In this document: piece after piece, positions 10,999 to 19,986 of the stretch
How positions within the stretch are numbered: the first letter of the stretch is position 1
Layout of the letters: every line of letters starts with the position of its first letter
From: Deltaproteobacteria bacterium
GTDB lineage: Bacteria; Desulfobacterota; Deferrimicrobia; Deferrimicrobiales; Deferrimicrobiaceae
Assembly: GCA_020346465.1 (NCBI GenBank)
Contig: CP070783.1
Location: forward strand, 1,666,614 to 1,730,613
Direction of reading: 5' to 3'
Length of the DNA stretch: 64,000 nt
Notes under the pieces: model-generated
Databases searched by the model: none
What the model was told of the DNA's origin: nothing
Seen by the model: only the letters and a program-made list of their open reading frames with translations
Translations under genes and position numbers: made by a program

Positions 10999-12575
10999 CC
11001 TTTCCCTCCCGCGATCTGCCCCAATTCCCCGAGGGACTCGTAGCTCATCCCGGCGAAGGGGGCCTCGGACCGCGCGATCGCCCGGAACACCGACGCCTCC
11101 CCGGCGAACGTCCACCCCGCGCCGAGGCGGTTCGCCAGCCCGACGAGGATCTCGATGCCGCCGCGTGCATTCCCCCGGGGGGGGAACCCCATCCAGAACC
11201 GCTGGACGCGCCCCGCGTGGTTGGTGAACGTCCCCCCGCGCTCGACGAACGACGCGGACGGCAGAACGGCGTGCGCCGCGAGGGAGACGGCCCCCTCGTT
11301 CGTCCCGACCTGGGCGACGAAGGGCACGCGGGAAAGAAGCTCCGCGGTCCTCTCCCCGGGGAAGTCGGCGAGCTCGTTGCCGAAGACGAGCAGGGCCTTT
11401 ACCTCCCCCCCCTCGATCTTCCGGACGATGTCGTCGAACTTCTCCTCGGAGATCCCCAGGAGCTGCGCCCCGCGGGTGTTGGGGTTCTTGTCCGCCTTGA
11501 TGAGGAAGTCGTCCGAGAGCCCGTTCCCCGAAGAGCGCGGGGAGAACCCGACGTTCGGCGTGCGCAGGACCTCCTCCGCCAGCTTCCGCGCGAGGTAGAG
11601 CTCCTCGTTGGAGAACGCGGGCGAGGCGATGACGGCGACCGACGCGGCGCCGTGCGCTTCGACCGTCTCCCAGAGGCGGAACGCGGCAAAGGACAGGGCC
11701 GCCTCCCACGCCTCCGCCTTGAGACCCCCGTTCTCCCGGACCACGGGGGTGAGGAGCCTCGCCTCGTTCGCCTTCTTGTACTCGAGCCTTCCGGGATCGC
11801 ACATCCAGGTCCGGTTGACGTCGTCGTTCCGCCGGGGCTTGAGGCGGTAGACGATGTCCTCCTTGAAGTGCGCCTCCACGTTGCAGCCGTTGGCGCATCC
11901 CGGGCAGATCGACCGGGTGCCCCGCAGGAACCAGACCCGGCACTTGAACCGGAAATCCTTGCTGGTCAGCGCCCCCACGGGGCAGATGTCCGCCAGGTTG
12001 CCCGTGTACTGGTTGTCCAGCGGCCTGCCGGGGAAGATCGAGATCTCCGAGTGGTCCCCCCGCCGGAAAAATTCGAGCTCGGAGGTGCCGGTGACCTCCT
12101 GCAGGAACCGGATGCAGCGGGAGCAGAGGATGCACCGCTCCGCGTCCAGGACGATCTGCCCGCCGATGTCCTGCACCTTCTTCTTGTGCACCTTGTCTTC
12201 GAAGGCGAACCGGCTCTTGTGCAGGCCGTACTTCATGTAGTAGATCTGCAGCCCGCACTCGCCGGCCTGGTCGCAGATCGGGCAGTCGACCGGGTGGTTG
12301 ATGAGCATCAGCTCCAGAACGCCCGTGACCGCCTGCCTCACCTTCTCGGTGTCGGACTTGACCACCATCCCCTCGGTCACGACGGTGTTGCAGGCGATCT
12401 GCAGCTTGGGGAACTTCTCCACCTCCACCAGGCACATGCGGCAGTTCCCCGCGATCGAGAGGTTCGGGTGGTAGCAGTAGTGGGGGATCTCGATCCCCAC
12501 CGTCTTCGCGGCCTGGAGGACGGTCGTCCCCTCGGGGACGTCTACGGAGATTCCGTTGAGCGTGAAGTTCGGCAT
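10995..12575 (-). CDS. nuoG: NADH-quinone oxidoreductase subunit G (short, 526 aa)
   Basis: N1b (HYCY..GNCRMC..AC), N5 (HPVDCPICDQAGEC), N4 (CILCSRC..CPVGAL) and N7-type (CPGCANGC..C) ligand sets. Confidence 0.9.
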   Translation of the reverse strand: MPNFTLNGISVDVPEGTTVLQAAKTVGIEIPHYCYHPNLSIAGNCRMCLVEVEKFPKLQIACNTVVTEGMVVKSDTEKVRQAVTGVLELMLINHPVDCPICDQAGECGLQIYYMKYGLHKSRFAFEDKVHKKKVQDIGGQIVLDAERCILCSRCIRFLQEVTGTSELEFFRRGDHSEISIFPGRPLDNQYTGNLADICPVGALTSKDFRFKCRVWFLRGTRSICPGCANGCNVEAHFKEDIVYRLKPRRNDDVNRTWMCDPGRLEYKKANEARLLTPVVRENGGLKAEAWEAALSFAAFRLWETVEAHGAASVAVIASPAFSNEELYLARKLAEEVLRTPNVGFSPRSSGNGLSDDFLIKADKNPNTRGAQLLGISEEKFDDIVRKIEGGEVKALLVFGNELADFPGERTAELLSRVPFVAQVGTNEGAVSLAAHAVLPSASFVERGGTFTNHAGRVQRFWMGFPPRGNARGGIEILVGLANRLGAGWTFAGEASVFRAIARSEAPFAGMSYESLGELGQIAGGKG

Positions 12576-12582
12576 CCTCGTC

Positions 12583-13851
12583 CTAGAACCGGTTTCCGTA
12601 CGGGCATTTTTTCTCCCGGAGATGCCCGTCGAATTCCTCGCGGAATTTCCAGATGAACGACTGGGCGGGCATCACCGCGGCGTCGGCCAGCGGGCAGATC
12701 GTCCTGCCCAGCATGTTGTCGCAGACCTCCAGGATCAGCTCCACGTCCCCGTTCCGCCCCTGGCCGTTCTCGATGCGGTGCAGGACCTTCGCCAGCCAGC
12801 CGCACCCCTCCCGGCAGGGGGTGCACTGGCCGCACGACTCGTGGGCGTAGAAGTTCATGAGCACGGAGAGGGCGCGGACCATGCAGGTCCCCTCCGGGAT
12901 GACGATGACGCCGCCCGACCCGGCCATCGTGCCGATCTTCTGCATCGATTCGATGTCGAAGCCCACGTCGATCTCGTCGGCCCGCAGCACCGGCGTGGAG
13001 GAGCCGCCGGGGATCACGGCCTTGAGCGCCTTCCCGTCCCGGAGCCCCCCCGCGTGCTCGTAGATGATCGACCGCAGCGACGTCCCCACGGGCAGTTCGT
13101 AGACGCCCGGCTTCTTCACGGGGCCGCTGACGCAGATCAGGCGGGTCCCGCCGTCCTTCTCCACCCCCAGGGAGGCGAATTTCTCCCCCCCGTGGGTGAC
13201 GATCCAGGGGATGTCGGCGATCGTCTCCACGTTGTTCACGATCGTGGGCAGTCCGAACGCCCCTACCGAGGCGGGGAAGGGGGGCTTGACCCGGGGCCAC
13301 CCGCGCTTCCCCTCGAGGGAGTTGATCAGGGAGGTCTCCTCCCCGCAGATGTAGGCGCCGGCGCCGAGGTGGACGGTCACCTCCAGGTCGAATCCCGTGC
13401 CGAGGATCCCCTTGCCCAGGTACCCCTTCGCGGTCGCCTCGTCGATCGCCTCCTGCACGATCTCCGCCTCCCGGACGAACTCCCCGCGGATGTAGACATA
13501 GCAGGTGTGGGCCTCGAGGGCGTAGCAGGTGATGGCGATCCCCTCGATCAGGAGGTGGGGTCCCCGGGTCATGATGAGCCGGTCCTTGAACGTCCCCGGC
13601 TCCCCCTCGTCGGCGTTGATCACCAGGATCCGCGGACGGGAGAGGTCCTTGGGGAGGAACCCCCATTTGACCCCGGCCGGGAAGCCCGCGCCGCCGCGCC
13701 CGCGCAGGTTCGCCTTCCTCACCTCCGCCACGATCTCCTCTTTCGGCATCGAGAGCGCCTTGCGCAGGGCGCCGTACCCGCCGAGCTGCTCGTACGTCTC
13801 CGCGAAGCGGTACCGCTCGTTGCCGAAGTGGGTCGTCAGGACGAGTTCCAT
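12583..13851 (-). CDS. nuoF: NADH-quinone oxidoreductase subunit F
   Basis: LRGRGGAGFP, NADEGEPGTFKDR, YICGEETSL, ESCGQCTPCREG. Confidence 0.95.
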   Translation of the reverse strand: MELVLTTHFGNERYRFAETYEQLGGYGALRKALSMPKEEIVAEVRKANLRGRGGAGFPAGVKWGFLPKDLSRPRILVINADEGEPGTFKDRLIMTRGPHLLIEGIAITCYALEAHTCYVYIRGEFVREAEIVQEAIDEATAKGYLGKGILGTGFDLEVTVHLGAGAYICGEETSLINSLEGKRGWPRVKPPFPASVGAFGLPTIVNNVETIADIPWIVTHGGEKFASLGVEKDGGTRLICVSGPVKKPGVYELPVGTSLRSIIYEHAGGLRDGKALKAVIPGGSSTPVLRADEIDVGFDIESMQKIGTMAGSGGVIVIPEGTCMVRALSVLMNFYAHESCGQCTPCREGCGWLAKVLHRIENGQGRNGDVELILEVCDNMLGRTICPLADAAVMPAQSFIWKFREEFDGHLREKKCPYGNRF

Positions 13852-13869
13852 CGCCTTCGTTCCGATCCC

Positions 13870-14343
13870 CTACCGGAGCCCGTCGAGGATCGCGTCGACC
13901 TTGTCCTCGCTCAGGTCCTCGTAATAGTCGTCGTTCACCTGCATCACCGGGGCGGTGCCGCAGCTTCCCAGGCACTCCACCGTGGAAAGGGTGAACTTCC
14001 CGTCGGCGGTCGTCTCCCCGGGCCGCACGCCCAGCCTCCCCGCCACGTGCTCGATCAGGTGCTCCGCCCCCATCAGGGAGCAGGAGAGGTTCCGGCAGAC
14101 CTGGAGGTGGTACTTCCCCACCGGCTTCCGGTTGTACATGGTGTAGAAGGTCGCCACCCCCTCGACGCGGGCCGGCGTGAACCCGAGCAGGGAGGCGACG
14201 TAGGCGATGGCCTCCGCGCTGAGGTGGCCGAACTCGCGCTGGGCAAGATGGAGGGTGGGGAGGATGGCCGCCTCCCGGTTGGGATAGCGGGCAAGCATCC
14301 TCTCGTGCCTCGCGCGCGTGTCCTCGGAAAAGGCCAGGCTCAC
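13870..14343 (-). CDS. nuoE: NADH-quinone oxidoreductase subunit E
   Basis: VATFYTMY, VCRNLSC, VECLGSC; GTG start overlaps nuoD stop. Confidence 0.92.
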   Translation of the reverse strand: MSLAFSEDTRARHERMLARYPNREAAILPTLHLAQREFGHLSAEAIAYVASLLGFTPARVEGVATFYTMYNRKPVGKYHLQVCRNLSCSLMGAEHLIEHVAGRLGVRPGETTADGKFTLSTVECLGSCGTAPVMQVNDDYYEDLSEDKVDAILDGLR

Positions 14344-15560
14344 CGGTCCAGCTCTCCCGCGATGATGTTGACGCTGCCCAGGACGGCGATGAGGTCCGCG
14401 ATCATCCCCCCCTCGCACAGGTGCGGCATCCCCTGGAACAGGGGAAAGCACGGCGGACGGACCTTGATCTTGTAGGGCCCCCCGCCCCCCTTGCTGACGA
14501 TGTAGTAGCCGAGCTCCCCGTTGGCGGCCTCGGTGGCCGAGTAGACCTCGCCGGCGGGAACCTGGACGCCGTCCATGACGTGCTTGAAGTGGTTCATCAG
14601 CGCCTCGATGTTCTCGTACACGTCGGCCTTCTCCGGCAGGATGAACCGCGGGTCGTCCACGTTGACGGGCCCGCCCGGGAGCGCGTCGAGGGCCTGCTCG
14701 ATGATGCGCAGGGACTGGCGCATCTCCTCCATCCGGACCATGTACCGGTCGCAGGTGTCCCCCTGCTCCCCCACGGGCACGTCGAAGTCGAAGCGGTCGT
14801 ACACGAGGTACGGCTCGTCCTTGCGCAGGTCGAGGGGGACCCCGGCGGCGCGCAGGCACGGGCCGGTGAAGCCGCGGGCGATCGCCTCCTTCGGGGTGAT
14901 GGGCCCCACCCCCATCGTCCGCTCGATGAAGATCCGGTTCTTCGTGAGGAGGGCGTTCACGTCCGCGATCGCGGGGACGATCACGTTCCGGCAGACGTCG
15001 CGGCACTTCTCGACCCAGCCGTCGGGGAGGTCCCACATGAGCCCCCCGATCCGCGTGTAGGCCGTGGTCAGCCGGATCCCCGTCAGCGGCTCGATGAGGT
15101 GCATGTACACCTCTTCGCGGGGCTTCCAGAAGTACCAGAAGTTGGTCAGCGCCCCGATGTCGACCATGTTCGTCCCGATGCAGACCATGTGGTCGATGAT
15201 CCGGGAGAGCTCGCAGATGAGGACGCGGATGTACCGGCACCGCTCGGTGACCTCGATCCCGCAGAGCTTCTCGACGGCCATCACGTACCCGACGTTGTTC
15301 ATCAGGGAGGAGACGTAGTTCAGCCGGTCCGTGTAGGGGATCACCTTGGTCCAGGTGGCGTTTTCGGACTCCTTCTCGAAGCCGCGATGGAGGTACCCGA
15401 ACTCGGGGGTGAGCTTGAGGATCGTCTCCCCGTCCAGCTCCGCGATGAGCCGGAGCGTCGCGTGGGTGGCGGGGTGCGACGGGCCGATGTTGAGGATCAT
15501 CGGCTCGGCCTGCATGTCGAGCTTCCCCGCTTCCCGCCGGTATGCCTCGATCTCCGCCAT
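14340..15560 (-). CDS. nuoD: NADH-quinone oxidoreductase subunit D
   Basis: NIGPSHPATH, GYLHRGFEK, DRLNY, GELDR C-terminus. Confidence 0.95.
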   Translation of the reverse strand: MAEIEAYRREAGKLDMQAEPMILNIGPSHPATHATLRLIAELDGETILKLTPEFGYLHRGFEKESENATWTKVIPYTDRLNYVSSLMNNVGYVMAVEKLCGIEVTERCRYIRVLICELSRIIDHMVCIGTNMVDIGALTNFWYFWKPREEVYMHLIEPLTGIRLTTAYTRIGGLMWDLPDGWVEKCRDVCRNVIVPAIADVNALLTKNRIFIERTMGVGPITPKEAIARGFTGPCLRAAGVPLDLRKDEPYLVYDRFDFDVPVGEQGDTCDRYMVRMEEMRQSLRIIEQALDALPGGPVNVDDPRFILPEKADVYENIEALMNHFKHVMDGVQVPAGEVYSATEAANGELGYYIVSKGGGGPYKIKVRPPCFPLFQGMPHLCEGGMIADLIAVLGSVNIIAGELDR

Positions 15561-15566
15561 GCTCTC

Positions 15567-16058
15567 CTACTCCTGCGGCCCCACGGTCGGCTGGCGCCTG
15601 GCCTTCGGGTAATCCTTGCGCAGGGGGTACCCCTCGAACTGCTCGTACAGCAGGATCCTCTTGAGGTTCGGGTGACCGCGGAAGAGGATCCCGTACATGT
15701 CGTACGCCTCCCGCTCGAACCAGTCCATTCCGACCCAGACCGGGATGACCGAGTCGATCACCGGGTCCTCCTCCGGGACGCGGGCCTTGACCCGCACCCG
15801 GTGCTTCTTTTCCAGGGAATAGAGATGGTAGACCACCTCGAACCGGGGCTCCTCGCCCAGGTAATCCACCCCGGTCAGATCCATCGCGAAGTCGAACCTC
15901 AGGTCCGGGTCGTCCCGAAGGAAGGTGCAGATCTCGACGATCCTCTCCCGCCGGACGAGAGCCGTGTCGTCCCCGAAGTCGGAGTGGGTCGCCACGACGT
16001 CGCTCCCGAACCGCCCGGTCAGCTTCTGCAGCACGATGCTGTTGCGTTCCTCGGCCAT
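15567..16058 (-). CDS. nuoC: NADH-quinone oxidoreductase subunit C
   Basis: WFEREAYDMYGILFRGHPNLKRIL..GYPLRKDYP. Confidence 0.93.
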   Translation of the reverse strand: MAEERNSIVLQKLTGRFGSDVVATHSDFGDDTALVRRERIVEICTFLRDDPDLRFDFAMDLTGVDYLGEEPRFEVVYHLYSLEKKHRVRVKARVPEEDPVIDSVIPVWVGMDWFEREAYDMYGILFRGHPNLKRILLYEQFEGYPLRKDYPKARRQPTVGPQE

Positions 16059-16070
16059 TCCCCGTCCGCC

Positions 16071-16568
16071 TCAGATCTTGATGGGCCAGCGGTCCCGGGC
16101 CCGGGGGGCCCCGGTGTCGATCATCTTCTGGATCAGGACGATGGAGTCGATGATCTGTTCCGGGATCGGCGGGCACCCGGGGATGTAGATGTCGACGGGC
16201 AGGAACTTGTCGATCCCCTGGACCACGGTGTAGTTGTTGTAGAACCCCCCGGAGGAGGCGCACGCCCCCATCGCCACCACCCACTTCGGCTCGAGCATCT
16301 GGTCGTGGATGCGCTGCAGGACCGGCGCCATCTTGTAGTTGATGGTCCCCGCCACGAGCAGCATGTCGGCCTGGCGGGGGGAGAACCGGATGACCTCGGC
16401 CCCGAACCGGGCGATGTCGTAATGGGTCCCGAACGCCCCCATCACCTCGATCCCGCAGCACGCGGTGGCGAAGGTGAACGGCCAGATCGAGAACCTTCGT
16501 CCCCAGGCGAGCAGCGCCTCGAACCGGGTGGTGAAAAACCCCGGGCCGCCGTCTTTCGCGCGGGTCAC
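16071..16568 (-). CDS. nuoB: NADH-quinone oxidoreductase subunit B
   Basis: [32 protein letters not shown]; GTG start overlaps nuoA stop. Confidence 0.93.
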   Translation of the reverse strand: MTRAKDGGPGFFTTRFEALLAWGRRFSIWPFTFATACCGIEVMGAFGTHYDIARFGAEVIRFSPRQADMLLVAGTINYKMAPVLQRIHDQMLEPKWVVAMGACASSGGFYNNYTVVQGIDKFLPVDIYIPGCPPIPEQIIDSIVLIQKMIDTGAPRARDRWPIKI

Positions 16569-16948
16569 TGCCAATCGAGCGCCCCCTTCTTCCAGGCGTA
16601 GATCAGACCCACGAGAAGGATTCCCACGAAGATCGCCATCTCGAGGAAGCCGAACAGGCCGAGATCCCGGAAGAGGACCGCCCACGGGTAGAGGAACGCC
16701 GTCTCCAGATCGAAGAGGATGAAGAGGAGGGCGACCAGGTAGAACTTCACCGACACGCGCACGGAGGCGGACGTGAAAGGGTCCACGCCGCACTCGTAGA
16801 CGCTGTACTTGATCCTCTCATACCGCTTGGGACCCAGGGCCTGGGAGAGGAAGACGAACCCCACCGACATTCCGACGGCGATGATCAGGAGCAGGAGGAT
16901 GGAGAAGTACGGGTCGGAAAACCGGATGGTGGAAACGAGGTTTGCCAC
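16565..16948 (-). CDS. nuoA: NADH-quinone oxidoreductase subunit A (14-subunit cassette)
   Basis: [39 protein letters not shown]. Confidence 0.93.
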   Translation of the reverse strand: MANLVSTIRFSDPYFSILLLLIIAVGMSVGFVFLSQALGPKRYERIKYSVYECGVDPFTSASVRVSVKFYLVALLFILFDLETAFLYPWAVLFRDLGLFGFLEMAIFVGILLVGLIYAWKKGALDWQ

Positions 16949-16961
16949 CGGACCCTCCCTC

Positions 16962-18440
16962 TCAGTTGGTCAGCAGGCGCACAGACGACTCGGCGATGCG
17001 GATCACGGGCTCCCAGTATACCCCGAACAAAAGCGTGGGGACGACCAGGATGGCCAGCATGACCCGCGGCACGAAGGCCACCGTGAGTTCTCCCGTATGC
17101 ACCGGCTCTTCCAGAAACATCACCTTCACGATCCGGGCGTAGTAGTACAGGGAGACCACGCTGTTGAGAGCCGCCACGAGGGCCAGCCAGTAGACTCCCC
17201 GGTTGATCACCTCGGCGAACAGGTAGACCTTGCCGATAAATCCCGAAAACGGCGGAATCCCGGTCAGCGCGAAGAGGAAGACGGCCAGGGAGACCGCGGC
17301 GAGGGGCGCCCGCGTGCCCAGGCCGGAGAAATCGGAGATCTCCTCGCTCCGGCTTCCGTTGGCGACCAGGACGACCACGTAGAAGGCGCCCAGGTTCATG
17401 AAGAGATACACGATCAGGTAGAAGAGGATCGCCTTGAGCCCCACGGAGGTGAGCAGGACGAACCCCATCATCATGTACCCGGCGTGCGCGATCGAGGAGT
17501 AGGCCAGGAGGCGCTTCACGTTGCTCTGGTTGATGGCGACCAGGTTCCCCACCGTCATCGTCACCGCGGACAGCACCGCGAACAGGAAGGGCCAGTCCAC
17601 GGAGGAGGAGAGCTTCCACATCCCCTCGGCTCCCTCGGGGGAGGCGAAGACGGTGTAGAAGAACCGGACCAGGATCGCGAACCCCGCGGCCTTGGGCCCG
17701 ACGGACAGGAAGGCCGTCACGGGGATGGGCGCCCCCTCGTACACGTCGGGGCTCCACATGTGGAACGGCACGGCGGCGATCTTGTACCCGAACCCCACGG
17801 TCACCATCACGGCCGCCAGCAGCGCCGGCAGGGCGGACGTCCCCGAGGCGAGGGCGTTCCCGATCACGGAGATCTGCGTGGAGCCCGTCATGCCGTACAG
17901 GAGCGAAAACCCGTAGATCATCACCCCCGAGGCGGTCGCCCCGTAGACGACGTACTTCGTCGACGCCTCGTTGGACAGGTCTTTCCCCTTGAGGTAGCCG
18001 GCGAGCAGGTACGAGGGGATCGAGACCAGCTCGAGCGCGAGGTAGAGCATCACGATGTCGCTGGCCGAGGAGAGCAGGAACATCCCGAGCAGCACCGAGA
18101 GGAGGAAGATGTAGTACTCGGCCTGCGACTTGTCCGTGAGCTCGTAGCAGTCGATCGACATGAAGACGACGATGAGCGTCGCCAGCGCGGTCAGCACCTT
18201 GAAGAAGACCGCGAAGCCGTCCAGCACGACCATCCCCTCGAACAGCCCCGTTCCCGCCCCCGCGGGGGTCATCCACGCGAAGAAAAGCGCCGACCCCGTT
18301 CCGACCATCGCCAGGAGGGCCGCCGCGGGCGAACGCCGGTTCCTCCCGGCGACGTGGACGACGATGAGCAGCAGGATCGTCGCGGTGACCGCGAACTCCG
18401 GCAGGAAGTAGGGCAGGCTGGCCAGGTTCCCGAGACTCAC
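16962..18440 (-). CDS. nuoN: Complex I subunit N (11-subunit cassette)
   Basis: [46 protein letters not shown]. Confidence 0.92.
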   Translation of the reverse strand: MSLGNLASLPYFLPEFAVTATILLLIVVHVAGRNRRSPAAALLAMVGTGSALFFAWMTPAGAGTGLFEGMVVLDGFAVFFKVLTALATLIVVFMSIDCYELTDKSQAEYYIFLLSVLLGMFLLSSASDIVMLYLALELVSIPSYLLAGYLKGKDLSNEASTKYVVYGATASGVMIYGFSLLYGMTGSTQISVIGNALASGTSALPALLAAVMVTVGFGYKIAAVPFHMWSPDVYEGAPIPVTAFLSVGPKAAGFAILVRFFYTVFASPEGAEGMWKLSSSVDWPFLFAVLSAVTMTVGNLVAINQSNVKRLLAYSSIAHAGYMMMGFVLLTSVGLKAILFYLIVYLFMNLGAFYVVVLVANGSRSEEISDFSGLGTRAPLAAVSLAVFLFALTGIPPFSGFIGKVYLFAEVINRGVYWLALVAALNSVVSLYYYARIVKVMFLEEPVHTGELTVAFVPRVMLAILVVPTLLFGVYWEPVIRIAESSVRLLTN

Positions 18441-18441
18441 C

Positions 18442-19971
18442 TCAGATCACCATGTTCACGACGTCGACCAGCCGGACCAGGGACGCGTTCATCAGGTTGA
18501 GCACCGGCATCGGATACACCCCGAGGAGAAGCGTCATCAGCGCCAGCGGGGAGAGGCAGAACATCTCGCGGGCGTTGATCTCCTCGAGCTGGGCGTACTT
18601 GGGGTTGAGCGGCCCCAGGAAGACCCGCTGGAGCGCCCACAGGTGGAACGCGGCCACGATGATGATCCCCGAGGCGGAGATCATCACGATCGTCCGGAAG
18701 ACGTCGAACGACCCGATGAAAACCATCGCCTCGGCGACGAAGCCGGAGAACCCCGGCAGGCCCAGGGACGCGAAGAAGGCCACGGTGATGTAGAACGTGT
18801 AGACCGGGACGACGGCGCCCAGCCCCCCGAACCCGTCGATGTCGCGGTGGTGCGCCCGGTCGTAGACGACGCCGACCAGGAAGAACAACATGGCGGTGAT
18901 CATGCCGTGGGAGAACATCTGGAACGCCGCCCCGACCATCCCGGCCGGGGTAAGCGCCGCCATCCCCAGGAGGCAGAACCCCATGTGGCTCACCGAGGAG
19001 TAGGCGACCAGCTTCTTGAGGTCGGACTGCGCCATGGCGCACAACGCGCCGTATACGATGTTGATCGCCCCCAGGACGGCCATGGGAATGACGAACCACT
19101 TCGTCACGTCGGGGAACATCGGGAAGGAGATCCGCATCAGCCCGTACGTCCCCATCTTCAGGAGGATCCCCGCCAGGATGACCGAGATGGCGGTCGGCGC
19201 CTCGACGTGGGCGTCCGGAAGCCAGGTGTGGAACGGGAAGAGGGGGACCTTGATCGCGAAGCCGATGAAGAGCCCGAGGAACATGAGGATCCGGATGTCG
19301 AATCCCCGGAGCCACTCGTTGTGGGTCGACTGCTGCATGTAGTGGAGCATGTTGAAGGTGTGTCCGCCCGTCTCCGGGTCGGTCGTGTTGAAATAGAGCG
19401 CCAGCATCACCAGAAGCATCAGGACGGAGCCCAGGAGCGTGTAGAGGAAGAACTTGATCGCCGCGTACTCCCTGCGCGGCCCCCCCCAGATCCCGATGAG
19501 GAAGTACATCGGCAGGAGCATCACTTCCCAGAAGACGTAGAACAGGAAGAAGTCGAGGGCGCAGAAGACCCCCATCATGCCGGTCTCGAGGAGGAGGAGG
19601 AGGGCCATGTATCCCTTGATCTGCTTCTCGATATTCCAGGACCCGATCACCGCCAGGAAGGAGATGATCGCCGTGAGGATGATCATCGGCATCGAGATGC
19701 CGTCGGCCCCCAGGAAGTATTCCACGTTGATCGACGGGATCCAGCGGGTATGCTCCACGAACTGGAACTGGCTCGCCACGTTCACGCCGGCCACCGACCG
19801 GTCGTAGGTGAACCAGAGCTGGACCGCAAGGGGAACCGGCAGGAACGACGCCACGGCGGCGACCGTCTTGACGAGTTCGTCCCTGCCCCCGGGCAGCATG
19901 AGGATGACCGCCGCGCCGGCCAGGGGAAGAAACGTCATCAGGCTCAGGATGTGGCTGTTGATAAAGTCCAC
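18442..19971 (-). CDS. nuoM: Complex I subunit M (11-subunit cassette)
   Basis: GADGISMP, FWEVMLLPMYFLIGIWG, IKVPLFPFHTWLPDAHVEAPT. Confidence 0.93.
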   Translation of the reverse strand: MDFINSHILSLMTFLPLAGAAVILMLPGGRDELVKTVAAVASFLPVPLAVQLWFTYDRSVAGVNVASQFQFVEHTRWIPSINVEYFLGADGISMPMIILTAIISFLAVIGSWNIEKQIKGYMALLLLLETGMMGVFCALDFFLFYVFWEVMLLPMYFLIGIWGGPRREYAAIKFFLYTLLGSVLMLLVMLALYFNTTDPETGGHTFNMLHYMQQSTHNEWLRGFDIRILMFLGLFIGFAIKVPLFPFHTWLPDAHVEAPTAISVILAGILLKMGTYGLMRISFPMFPDVTKWFVIPMAVLGAINIVYGALCAMAQSDLKKLVAYSSVSHMGFCLLGMAALTPAGMVGAAFQMFSHGMITAMLFFLVGVVYDRAHHRDIDGFGGLGAVVPVYTFYITVAFFASLGLPGFSGFVAEAMVFIGSFDVFRTIVMISASGIIIVAAFHLWALQRVFLGPLNPKYAQLEEINAREMFCLSPLALMTLLLGVYPMPVLNLMNASLVRLVDVVNMVI

Positions 19972-19986
19972 GAAGACCTCCTCCGG

